Both the position numbers and the translations under genes were made by a program. From the NCBI GenBank assembly GCA_963663385.2, contig CAXXXD010000002.1:704001-768000 (forward strand): a stretch of 64,000 nt of DNA, read 5' to 3'. Origin of the DNA: Oceanispirochaeta sp. Lineage in GTDB: Bacteria; Spirochaetota; Spirochaetia; DSM-2461. The notes below the pieces were generated by a model, which searched no databases, had not been told where the DNA came from, and saw nothing but the letters and a program-made list of their open reading frames with translations. Positions 50,450 to 59,738 of this stretch are shown here, in pieces (the first letter of the stretch is position 1; the number at the start of each line of letters is the position of its first letter).

Positions 50450-51427
50450 GTGTATAAAGGTCGAATATTGAACAGATTCTTCAAAGTTGCCGCAACGGTT
50501 TGCGGTGTGATGTTTGCAGCGGCTCTCCTTATCTCTTTCAGGACAATAGCTTCTTCTCCGTACACCGCTCAGGAACGGGCATCCCCGGATAGTGTTCAGT
50601 ATGCCTTCTCCATCTATATGCCCGATAAAGACTATCCCTATTACAATAAAATACGGCAGGGAGTATCCGATAAAGCCCGGGAGCTGGATTGTGCGGTCAC
50701 CTTTCACTCTCTCAGTGAGGATTCAATCGAACTGAAAGCCGCCTCCCTGTCCGGAGTCGACGGCGCCGCCTACTATCCTCAGGGTGAACAGGCCTGCATT
50801 CTGGATCAGATAGAAAGTTTTTTGAACTCTTCCCTGCCGCTGGTGCTGATTGAGCACCTTCTGCCGACGGATCCTGCCCTCTACCTGGTGGGTACGAACA
50901 GCTACGATGTGGGACGAAAAATAGGAGAGCTTGTATCGGGTTGTAAACATCAATCCCACCATATCGCTTTTATATACAGTGAAAAAAATCCGGGCCTGAT
51001 GGCAGACCGGCAGGCTCTGGAGCTGGGATTCCGCCTGGCCCTGGAGGGACAGGAGTACTCTGTCGTTTCAAGGGAAACCAATTCCAATCCTCTGGATGCG
51101 GAGAGTGAAGTGGATGAGCTTTTAAGGGAGAATCCCGATATCAATCTGATTATTCTCACCGATTCCAACGATACCATGGCAGCTCTTCAGGTCATTATTG
51201 ACAGGAATCTGGTCGGGAAGGTGGAAATCATCGGTTTTGGAGACGACTTTACCATACAGGATTATATAAAAAAGGGTGTATTAAGGGGGACGGTTGTTCC
51301 CAATTCCTATCAGATCGGTTCCCGGGTTGTTCAAACCCTGTACGAAGTGGCCCGAACAGGATCTTCTTCCGCCATTGTGGATATTGAAGCGGGGATACTG
51401 ACCAGGGAGTCCATCCGTGCGAAGTAA
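50450..51427 (+). CDS. Membrane-anchored sugar-binding (PBP1) accessory sensor protein
   Basis: N-terminal TM, PYYNKIRQG, VGTNSYDVG, IIGFGD. Overlaps the kinase start. Confidence 0.8.
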   Translation: MYKGRILNRFFKVAATVCGVMFAAALLISFRTIASSPYTAQERASPDSVQYAFSIYMPDKDYPYYNKIRQGVSDKARELDCAVTFHSLSEDSIELKAASLSGVDGAAYYPQGEQACILDQIESFLNSSLPLVLIEHLLPTDPALYLVGTNSYDVGRKIGELVSGCKHQSHHIAFIYSEKNPGLMADRQALELGFRLALEGQEYSVVSRETNSNPLDAESEVDELLRENPDINLIILTDSNDTMAALQVIIDRNLVGKVEIIGFGDDFTIQDYIKKGVLRGTVVPNSYQIGSRVVQTLYEVARTGSSSAIVDIEAGILTRESIRAK

Positions 51428-52901
51428 TTCCCTGCGGTTCCGGATCCTTTTCTACTTCTCCCTCAGTCTGCTGGTTACGGTTGTGGCTCTGGGTTTTATT
51501 ATGGTTTTGTCCAGCCGGCTGCAGAATATGGCAAACCGGCAGTTTGATGATGAACTGCAGCTGCAGGAGATCCAGATGGAGCTGACTGAAATACAGGAGC
51601 CTCTTCTGGAATTCCTTTCAACCCGATCCTCCGCTTCTCTGTCCGAGTTGCTGATCCTGACACAGAATCTGAAAAGTGAGCTGTATGAGCAGCGTCCCAA
51701 ATCCAGGGATATGGTTAAACAGATTAAACGGGAAGTTTTTTTTCTGATTGAAGCCTATCTGGATCAGATAGACCGGATTATTGAACTGAAACGGGGCAGG
51801 AATATTCAGGCCTATACGCTTCAGTATGAACAGATGCAGTCTCTTCTGGATTATATCAATGACAGAATAGATTATGCCTGTCTTCAGGGATTCCGGCAGG
51901 GGATTATCGATTACCAGGACTTTATCAAACTGTTCAGAAAGATGCACATCTATATTTTCATTTTGATGCTGCTGGGAGCAAGTTTCGCTTTTTCATTAAT
52001 CGTACTGAATATGGAGCGTATAACAGGTCCCCTCTATCTGCTTTCCGAACTGGCGGGCAAGCTCTCCAAAGGAGATTTTACGCCGGCCGATATCCATCTG
52101 AACAGTGTGAACGAGGTTAATCAGGTAGCCGAAGCGTTTAATGATATGAAGCAGAATCTCCATCACTATATCCGTGAACTGCAGAAACAGAAACAGGTGG
52201 AGCAGGATATCATGAATGAACGCATCCGGAATATGAATATGGAACAGATGCTCAAGCGCATGGAGCTTTATACCATGCAGGCCCAGATGAATCCTCACTT
52301 CCTGTTCAATACCCTGAATACGGGGGTTCAGCTGGCCATCATTGAAGATGCGGACAGAACGGCAGAATTTATGGAGAATCTGGCAAACCTTTTCAGGCAT
52401 AATCTGAAGGATCGTCAGTTTTTTATCCCCCTCCGTCATGAAGTAAACGGTCTGGAATCCTATCTGGATATTCTCAAAATCCGTTTTCCTAAAACAAGGC
52501 AATTTGATCTGAATGTGGATACCGATCTGCTGGATGATTATCAGGTCCCTGCCATGGTAATACAGCCTCTTGTGGAGAATTCCGTCCTTCACGCCTTCAA
52601 GGAGAATCCCGATATGGGGACAGTGTCAGTGGGAATCACTTATGAAGCGCCCCACATCGTGATATCTGTTAAGGATAACGGTTCCGGGATTCCCGCTGAA
52701 ACTGTAAAAAAACTCCTCATACCCCATACGGGGGAATACAGTATTTCCTCCAGGGTGATGGGGCTGGAAAATGTTATTCAGCGCTGCTATTTTTTCTACC
52801 CCCATGAGCGGGATGTGATAGCAATCAGGACTGCTCCCGGGGAGGGAACAGAAATCCTTATCCGAATTAACACTGAGGCTGAACCATGTATAAGATTATG
52901 A
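51417..52901 (+). CDS. LytS/YesM-type sensor histidine kinase
   Basis: Two TM, HAMP, MQAQMNPHFLFNTLN, QPLVENSVLH, DNGSG. Confidence 0.92.
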   Translation: MRSNSLRFRILFYFSLSLLVTVVALGFIMVLSSRLQNMANRQFDDELQLQEIQMELTEIQEPLLEFLSTRSSASLSELLILTQNLKSELYEQRPKSRDMVKQIKREVFFLIEAYLDQIDRIIELKRGRNIQAYTLQYEQMQSLLDYINDRIDYACLQGFRQGIIDYQDFIKLFRKMHIYIFILMLLGASFAFSLIVLNMERITGPLYLLSELAGKLSKGDFTPADIHLNSVNEVNQVAEAFNDMKQNLHHYIRELQKQKQVEQDIMNERIRNMNMEQMLKRMELYTMQAQMNPHFLFNTLNTGVQLAIIEDADRTAEFMENLANLFRHNLKDRQFFIPLRHEVNGLESYLDILKIRFPKTRQFDLNVDTDLLDDYQVPAMVIQPLVENSVLHAFKENPDMGTVSVGITYEAPHIVISVKDNGSGIPAETVKKLLIPHTGEYSISSRVMGLENVIQRCYFFYPHERDVIAIRTAPGEGTEILIRINTEAEPCIRL

Positions 52902-54352
52902 TTGCAGATGATGAAGAGCCGGTTCTGGAGAGTTTCTCCCTTATTATCAACCGGGATGTGAAGCAGTTTGAACTTTGCGCGGCGGCCAGGTCCGGGTATG
53001 AAGCCATAGAACTGTTTGATGATTTAAAACCGGATGTTGTGTTTATGGACATTCAGATGCCCGGTATTGACGGTATAGAGACTATCCGCCGGATAAGGCA
53101 GGACTATCCGGGAACGGTCTTTATTCTGGCTACAGCGTTTGAGCGCTTCGATATAGCCAAAAAGGCTATCAGCCTTGGGATCTTCAGCTATCTTGTCAAA
53201 CCGATTTCCAGACGGACTTTTCTGGAAGAACTGGATAAGGTCCATCAGTATCTGGACAAGCGGAAGGAGCGCCGCTCAAGATCCTTCTCTCTGGAGCAGG
53301 ATAATTCCAGGGACCGGGAGAGGCTTGAACAACGTTATCTGACCCGCCTTTCCCGGGGGGAGCTGGAAAAGGAGGAGTGGCAGGCTTTTGAGGCCTTCGG
53401 CAGATTTCAGACAGACCGGGCGGCCTTCTTTATAATTGGAAACTGGCAGGAGGGCATGGATGATCTGAAAAATCGGCTTAACTACCGTTATCTCTGTTTC
53501 AGCGCCCGGATGGGGAATCGCCTGCTGCTCCTTTTTCCGGAGATACAGGAACTTTCCGGGGTTTATCAGACTGTGCTTGAATGCCTTGCTGATCTCTCCG
53601 GCAGGGATGATCCAGAAGCCTTTACTGTAGGCTGCGGCGGAATCTACTCTTTTCAGGAACTGTCCCACTCCTACAGGGAGGCCCTGGAGCCATTCCTGAC
53701 TGATTGGGACAACAGCGCAAAGGAGTGGGAACGGGAGCAGCTCCTCTTATTGAGAGGGTATCTGAAACGGGGCGAGAGAATGGAGTTTACCGAGTGCTTC
53801 AAGGATTTTTACAACCATCAGTTCTCTCACTGCAGTTTTGATCTTGCCAGAGGAAAGATGATAGAAGCTTTTACCCTTTTCAGGGAAACCATGGACTGGT
53901 ATGTTCCGGGGGATCATTATCTGGACGAGTTTTCTGCGGTAGAAGAGATTGCCCTGTTGAATAACGAGAAAGAGTGGGAGCTCTGGTGGCCATCCGGAAT
54001 CAGCCGTATTCTGGCTGATATAAAAGAGACGAAAGGGGAACCTCTGCCCCAGCCTCTGGAAAAAGCCATATCCTATATTCAGGAAAACTATCAGGAGCCC
54101 ATCTATCTGGGATCCGTAGCAGAAGCATGCCAGGTCTCAACGGGGTATCTGAGCCGACTGTTCTCTGAGCATCTGGAGACAACCTTTGTAAACTATCTCA
54201 ACTCTCTGAGAACAGACAAGGCTCTGGAACTGCTAAAAAGAGGGGATCTGAATATTAAGGAGATAGCCTTCAGGACCGGGTATCAGGACCCCAATTACTT
54301 CAGCCGGATTTTTCGAAAATTTAAGGGGTGTTCTCCTTCGGAAGTGTGTTAA
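52886..54352 (+). CDS. YesN-type response regulator (REC + AraC HTH)
   Basis: IADDE, MDIQMPGIDG, YLVKP. C-terminal YLSRLF...GYQDPNYFSRIFRK. Confidence 0.93.
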   Translation: MYKIMIADDEEPVLESFSLIINRDVKQFELCAAARSGYEAIELFDDLKPDVVFMDIQMPGIDGIETIRRIRQDYPGTVFILATAFERFDIAKKAISLGIFSYLVKPISRRTFLEELDKVHQYLDKRKERRSRSFSLEQDNSRDRERLEQRYLTRLSRGELEKEEWQAFEAFGRFQTDRAAFFIIGNWQEGMDDLKNRLNYRYLCFSARMGNRLLLLFPEIQELSGVYQTVLECLADLSGRDDPEAFTVGCGGIYSFQELSHSYREALEPFLTDWDNSAKEWEREQLLLLRGYLKRGERMEFTECFKDFYNHQFSHCSFDLARGKMIEAFTLFRETMDWYVPGDHYLDEFSAVEEIALLNNEKEWELWWPSGISRILADIKETKGEPLPQPLEKAISYIQENYQEPIYLGSVAEACQVSTGYLSRLFSEHLETTFVNYLNSLRTDKALELLKRGDLNIKEIAFRTGYQDPNYFSRIFRKFKGCSPSEVC

Positions 54353-54410
54353 AATCTAGGATGTTCCTGTCTGCGTAATATAATTGCAATATCATTCTTG
54401 AGGATTGTCT

Positions 54411-55460
54411 ATGAAATCAGGTAAATATCGAACTTTCTTCCGCTGCGTTCTGCTGATCCTTTTTGCTTTTATCCCCATGTCCTGTCAGAAAAGGGAAGCC
54501 GTAAAAGATGACGGTATTATCCGCATAGGATTCTCTTCCGTTTCTGATACTTTTCTGCTGGAGCGCTGGAACAGGGATCTCAAGATATTTACCAGTACCG
54601 CCCGGGATCTGGGAGCTGAACTGATTATACAGGTTGTACCGGGAAATGCCCGGGAACAGGTGGAGCAGATTCAGTATCTGATGGATCAGGATATTGATGT
54701 GCTTGTGGTGATTCCCCAGGATATGGAAATCCTGGCGGGGATCATTAAAAAAGTCCGGGACAGGGGAATTCCCATTCTTGCCTACGACCGCCCGATTATG
54801 GGGGTTCCCATTACCGGCTACGTGTCATTCGATAACCGTGAAGTGGGGCGTCTCTTCTCCAAAGCTCTGCTGCAGCAGGTTCCCCGGGGAAACTATCTTA
54901 TCGTAAACGGATCTGTTCGTGATAATAACAGTTTTGAAGTCAACCGGGGGGTATACGATATCCTTAACCCTTCCATAAATAATGGAAATGTCAGAATCGT
55001 AGAGGAGATCTGGCTGGATGAGTGGAGTTTTGACGAAGCTCTGGAGAAAATTGGAGCATTCCTCGACAGCGGAGCACATGTTGATGCCATTTCGGCCGCC
55101 AACGATCAGATTGCCGATGCTGCCATAAGGCTTCTGGCCGAACGGCAGCTTGCGGGCAGAGTTGCCGTTGTCGGGCAGGATGCGGATACGCTCGCCTGTC
55201 AGCGGGTTGTGGAAGGGACGCAGCTTATGACAGTGTACAAACCGATTCCCCGTCTGGCCATCAGAGCGGCGCATCTTGCGGTAGCCTTTGCAAAAGGGGA
55301 AATCCCCGAAGCCGACCGGACAATCGATAATAACAGTTCCGGGCCCATACCGTATTACGTGGAAATACCGATCGCCGTTTTCAAGGATCAGATGGACTCC
55401 ACTGTAATCCATGATGGTTTTCATTCACGGGAAGATGTCTACAGGAACGTTTCCGAATAA
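54411..55460 (+). CDS. XylF-like sugar-binding lipoprotein
   Basis: Lipobox PMSC, LERWNRD, AYDR, SFDN, DNNS, AANDQIA, GQDAD, MTVYKPI. Confidence 0.85.
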   Translation: MKSGKYRTFFRCVLLILFAFIPMSCQKREAVKDDGIIRIGFSSVSDTFLLERWNRDLKIFTSTARDLGAELIIQVVPGNAREQVEQIQYLMDQDIDVLVVIPQDMEILAGIIKKVRDRGIPILAYDRPIMGVPITGYVSFDNREVGRLFSKALLQQVPRGNYLIVNGSVRDNNSFEVNRGVYDILNPSINNGNVRIVEEIWLDEWSFDEALEKIGAFLDSGAHVDAISAANDQIADAAIRLLAERQLAGRVAVVGQDADTLACQRVVEGTQLMTVYKPIPRLAIRAAHLAVAFAKGEIPEADRTIDNNSSGPIPYYVEIPIAVFKDQMDSTVIHDGFHSREDVYRNVSE

Positions 55461-55615
55461 TACGTACAATCCTGATGTCAAAATAATCCAGATGGGCAGA
55501 AATCTCCCTGCTCCCATGTCAGAACTGAACAGTCTTTAGCATATCTTTCCTGTATCGCCGTTCATGAATGGAGATGTACAATTTTTTCAGATAATAAAAC
55601 CAAAGGAGTTTTTGA

Positions 55616-56710
55616 ATGAAAAAATCATTACTTTCAGCGGCTGCAGTTGCTGTTGTTTTCGGCGGCAGTCTTTTCGCTAACGGACAGAGCGAATCCCTCG
55701 ATATCGGTCTGGCAATGCCTGAAACTCATGTTGAGAGATGGCAGCAGGATGGTGCTTCCCTTAAAGAAGAAGCTATTGCCATGGGCTACGGGGCAGAAGT
55801 TGCTTTCGGGGATGCGGATCAGAGTAAGCAGAATCAGCAGATTGAGGACTTCATTACCAAAGGGGCCAAGCTTCTGGTTGTCGGTTCGGTTAACGAAGGT
55901 GTCGGTTCCGTAGTCGCAGATGCCGCAAGAGACGGAGTGGAAGTTATTGCCTACGACAGACTGATTACCAACTCCGGTGATTATGATTACTATATCACTT
56001 TTGACAACTTCAAAGTCGGTCAGTTTCAGGGTGAAGGCATTGTAAAAGGTCTGGACCTGGATAACGTTTCCGATAAAAAATACATAACCCTTTTTGCCGG
56101 TTCTCCCACAGATAATAACGCCAACTTCTTTTTTGACGGCGCCATGTCTGTCCTTAAACCCTATGTAGATGCGGGAAAGCTGGTTGTTGTAGGTCCCGCT
56201 CCCATGAGTTCTGCCGACAAAGCCAATTTTACCAAAATTGCAACAGAAAACTGGAGAGCCGATGTGGCCAAGGCCAGAATGGAAAACCTTTTGAACAACG
56301 ATGCAAAAGATGTTGTACTGGATGCTGTTCTTGCTCCCAACGATACCCTTGCCAGAGCCATTATCGAAGCCTGTTTAACCGATGCCAAATATGACAGCAC
56401 AGACAAACTGCCTGTTGTAACCGGTCAGGACGGTGAAGTTGCCTCTGTCAAGTTTATCCGCGACGGAAAACAGTATATGTCCGTATTCAAAGATACAAGA
56501 AGCCTGGCAAAAGCAGCTATTGAGCTGGCAGACGCAATCCTGAAAGGGGAAGAGCCCTCTATCGCAGGAGCCAGACTGGATACCACTTCCTATGATACAG
56601 GAAAGAAAGTTGTAAAATCCTACCTGCTCGAGCCCGTAATGGTTACAGCTGACAACTATAAGGAAATCTTTATCGGCAGCGGTTACTACTCTGAGGATGA
56701 TTTAAAATAA
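55616..56710 (+). CDS. ChvE/XylF-type multiple-sugar binding protein
   Basis: ERWQQDG, IAYDRLI, YITFDNFKVG, GSPTDNNA, TGQDGE, SVFKDTR. Confidence 0.88.
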   Translation: MKKSLLSAAAVAVVFGGSLFANGQSESLDIGLAMPETHVERWQQDGASLKEEAIAMGYGAEVAFGDADQSKQNQQIEDFITKGAKLLVVGSVNEGVGSVVADAARDGVEVIAYDRLITNSGDYDYYITFDNFKVGQFQGEGIVKGLDLDNVSDKKYITLFAGSPTDNNANFFFDGAMSVLKPYVDAGKLVVVGPAPMSSADKANFTKIATENWRADVAKARMENLLNNDAKDVVLDAVLAPNDTLARAIIEACLTDAKYDSTDKLPVVTGQDGEVASVKFIRDGKQYMSVFKDTRSLAKAAIELADAILKGEEPSIAGARLDTTSYDTGKKVVKSYLLEPVMVTADNYKEIFIGSGYYSEDDLK

Positions 56711-56824
56711 TCTCCTGAACGAATCCTTAGATGTCTGCCCGGAAGGGTAGACTCAAATTCAATCGGCCGGCTTTCTGAAGACGGGTATCCGCCTTTTAAA
56801 GGCCGGCTTTATCAGGATAGTATT

Positions 56825-58351
56825 GTGAGTGAATATATATTGGAAGTTCAGAAATTAACCAAAACCTTTCCCGGGGTAAAGGCTCTGGATAATGTGAACT
56901 TCAAAGTGAAAAAAGGGGAAATCCACTGTCTCTGCGGCGAAAACGGCGCTGGAAAATCGACATTGATGAATGTGGTCAGCGGTGTTTATCCTCACGACTC
57001 CTATACCGGTAAAGTTGTATTTCACGGAAAGGAGACCAATTATAAAAGCGTCAAGGACAGTGAAAAGGACCGCCTGGCCATTATTCACCAGGAATTGGCC
57101 CTCAGTCCGTACCTGTCAATATTTGAAAATATATTTCTTGGTCATATCGAGACTAAAACAGGAATTATAAACTGGGATAAACTGATTATCGAATCCAGGC
57201 CCTACCTTAAAAGGGTCGGACTCAATGAAAATCCGGAAACCATTGTCAGTAAAATGGGAGTGGGAAAACAGCAGTTGGTGGAAATTGCCAAAGCCCTTTC
57301 GAAAAATGTGGAATTACTGATTCTGGATGAGCCTACATCATCTCTAAATGATGATGAGAGCGATAAGCTTCTCGATCTCATCCTGGATCTGAAGAAAGAG
57401 GGGATCACCTGTATCATGATCTCCCATAAATTGAATGAAGTTATGAAAGTGGCGGATACCGTTACGATTCTCCGGGACGGTCAGTCCATCTGCTCCTATG
57501 ATACCAAAGCGGATAATCTGACAGAAGATCTGATCATTCAGGGGATGGTCGGCCGGGATCTGACCCACCGTTTCCCCGAAAAAACAGCTGTTGTAGGCGA
57601 GAATGTGATGGATGTGGAAAACTGGACGGTTTTTCATCCCGAGTATCCCGACAAGGCTGTTGTCAAGGACGCCTCTTTCCATCTGAAAAAAGGGGAAATC
57701 CTTGCTTTCTGCGGACCTATGGGCGCCGGGCGTACTGAACTGATGATGAGTCTTTTCGGCAGGGCATACGGATCGTCCTGCCGCGGTGTATTGAAAATAA
57801 GGGGGGAAGAGAAACATTTCCATACTCCCATGAATGCCATTGCAGACGGACTCGGCTATGTTTCCGAAGACAGAAAAGATCTGGGGTTGATCCTTATCCA
57901 GGACGTTAAAACCAATATCTCCAATTCAAGTCTCAAAAAGTTGTCCCGATTCGGCGTCATCAACAAGAACCAGGAAATACATGAGGCGGAGAGGTATAAA
58001 AAAGCCCTGAATATAAAAACACCCAGCATAGAGCAGCTGACAAAGAACTTAAGCGGCGGAAACCAGCAGAAGGTGGTTCTGAGCCGCTGTCTGCTGGCCG
58101 ATCCGGAGATCTTTATCGTTGATGAACCGACCAGGGGAATCGATGTAGGCGCCAAGTATGAAATCTACTGCATACTGAATGAACTGGCTTCCCAGGGAAA
58201 GAGCATTATCATGATTTCTTCCGAGCTGCCGGAAGCACTGGGGATGGCAGACCGTATCTACGTAATGAACGAAGGTGAAATCAGAGGGGAGCTGAGCAGG
58301 GACGAAGCGACTCAGGAAAAAATCATGCAGATCGCCCTGCGGTCAAAGTAG
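56825..58351 (+). CDS. Multiple-monosaccharide ABC transporter ATP-binding protein (GguA/MmsA/XylG-like)
   Basis: GENGAGKSTLM..SGVYPH, IIHQELAL, GAGRTEL.MSLFG, LSGGNQQKV. Confidence 0.93.
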   Translation: MSEYILEVQKLTKTFPGVKALDNVNFKVKKGEIHCLCGENGAGKSTLMNVVSGVYPHDSYTGKVVFHGKETNYKSVKDSEKDRLAIIHQELALSPYLSIFENIFLGHIETKTGIINWDKLIIESRPYLKRVGLNENPETIVSKMGVGKQQLVEIAKALSKNVELLILDEPTSSLNDDESDKLLDLILDLKKEGITCIMISHKLNEVMKVADTVTILRDGQSICSYDTKADNLTEDLIIQGMVGRDLTHRFPEKTAVVGENVMDVENWTVFHPEYPDKAVVKDASFHLKKGEILAFCGPMGAGRTELMMSLFGRAYGSSCRGVLKIRGEEKHFHTPMNAIADGLGYVSEDRKDLGLILIQDVKTNISNSSLKKLSRFGVINKNQEIHEAERYKKALNIKTPSIEQLTKNLSGGNQQKVVLSRCLLADPEIFIVDEPTRGIDVGAKYEIYCILNELASQGKSIIMISSELPEALGMADRIYVMNEGEIRGELSRDEATQEKIMQIALRSK

Positions 58352-58362
58352 GAGAAAAGGGA

Positions 58363-59550
58363 ATGACTGAAATAAAGAATAAGGTGTCCTTCTGGGAACT
58401 TGCCAAGGGGAATATCAGAAATTACTCCATGTTTATCGTGCTGGGCCTGATAATTGCGGTTTTTGCTTTTTTAACAAATTCGGTAAATATCAATGCCCGG
58501 AACGTGACGAATATTTTTATACAGAACAGTTATATACTTGTATTGGCTGTAGGGATGGTACTGGTCATTATCATAGGGAATATTGATCTTTCCGTAGGTT
58601 CAGTGGCAGCCTTCACAGGTGCCCTGGGAGCCATGATCTACAACACCGGTATGGGGATGTTTCCGACTATCCTTTTAACAATGCTCATTGGAGGAGCTAT
58701 CGGATGTTTTATGGGCTACTTTATAGCCTTTATCAAGATACCGGCTTTTATTGTTACCCTGGCGGGAATGCTTTTTTTCAGGGGCATGACCTATATTGTC
58801 ACAAATGTTACTCCTGTTTCCCTGCGGGATGATCAGTTCAGGGAGATCGCATCCGGTTCCATTTCTTTCGATGCCCTTCAGGTGGGAGGACTCCATCTGC
58901 TGCCCCTGGTACTGGGAGTTCTGATTCTCGTTTTTTATATCATCCATGCTTCTACGGATAGAAGAAAAAAAATCAGCAATCACTTCCATGTCCTTCCTGT
59001 TCAGTATTTCATTATGAAAATAGCCTTCCTGGCACTGGTTGTTCTGGTTCTCTGCTACAAGTTTGCCGACTACAGAGGTCTTCCTACGGTTGTACTTGTG
59101 CTGGCTCTGACAGTGGCTGTTTTTGTATTTATTACAAACAGTACAATCTTCGGCCGTTATATTTATGCCGTCGGCGGAAATGCCAGATCTGCCAAGCTGT
59201 CCGGTATCAATTCGGAACAGGTAATCTTCTTTGTTCATGTCATTATGGGTGTTATGGCGGGACTTTCCGGTATTATCTTTACCGCATATATGAACTCTGC
59301 CCTGCCCCAGGCGGGCAACCTTTTTGAACTGGATGCCATTGCTTCCTGTTTTATCGGCGGAGCTTCGGCTTCCGGAGGAATCGGAACGATTATCGGCGCT
59401 ATTACGGGTGCTCTTGTTATGGGTGTCATCAATAACGGTATGTCCCTTATGAATATCGGGGCTGACTGGCAGTATGTTGTAAAAGCATCCGTACTTCTTC
59501 TGGCCGTATGGTACGATATCTATACAAGAAAGAAATCCGGTGTGGCCTGA
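58363..59550 (+). CDS. Multiple-monosaccharide ABC transporter permease (GguB/MmsB-like)
   Basis: QNSYILVLA, IDLSVGS, IPAFIVTLAGML.FRG, FELDAIASCFIGG. Confidence 0.93.
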   Translation: MTEIKNKVSFWELAKGNIRNYSMFIVLGLIIAVFAFLTNSVNINARNVTNIFIQNSYILVLAVGMVLVIIIGNIDLSVGSVAAFTGALGAMIYNTGMGMFPTILLTMLIGGAIGCFMGYFIAFIKIPAFIVTLAGMLFFRGMTYIVTNVTPVSLRDDQFREIASGSISFDALQVGGLHLLPLVLGVLILVFYIIHASTDRRKKISNHFHVLPVQYFIMKIAFLALVVLVLCYKFADYRGLPTVVLVLALTVAVFVFITNSTIFGRYIYAVGGNARSAKLSGINSEQVIFFVHVIMGVMAGLSGIIFTAYMNSALPQAGNLFELDAIASCFIGGASASGGIGTIIGAITGALVMGVINNGMSLMNIGADWQYVVKASVLLLAVWYDIYTRKKSGVA

Positions 59551-59579
59551 TTCGTTTATCAGAATTTTTACCTGATTAC

Positions 59580-59608
59580 ACAGCCTGCCGTAATCCCGGC
59601 AGGCTGTT
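59580..59608 (+). terminator. Stem-loop terminator
   Basis: acagcctgccg-taatcc-cggcaggctgt. Confidence 0.7.
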
Positions 59609-59738
59609 ATACTTATAGATAATTAAACGGATGCACAAAAAACATCTCTTCACTATCGTTCCTTTCTTCAATACAACCCGTTTTATTTCGCCAACCCTCT
59701 TTCTATATTGTCTGAAATCAATATAATTATAGATATAA

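Noticed and set aside
2209..59432. Numerous antisense ORFs over 100 aa (e.g. 2209-2877, 33011-33718, 37727-38488, 54825-55424)
   Set aside because: They lie opposite well-supported genes and show no motifs or RBS, as expected for shadow ORFs.
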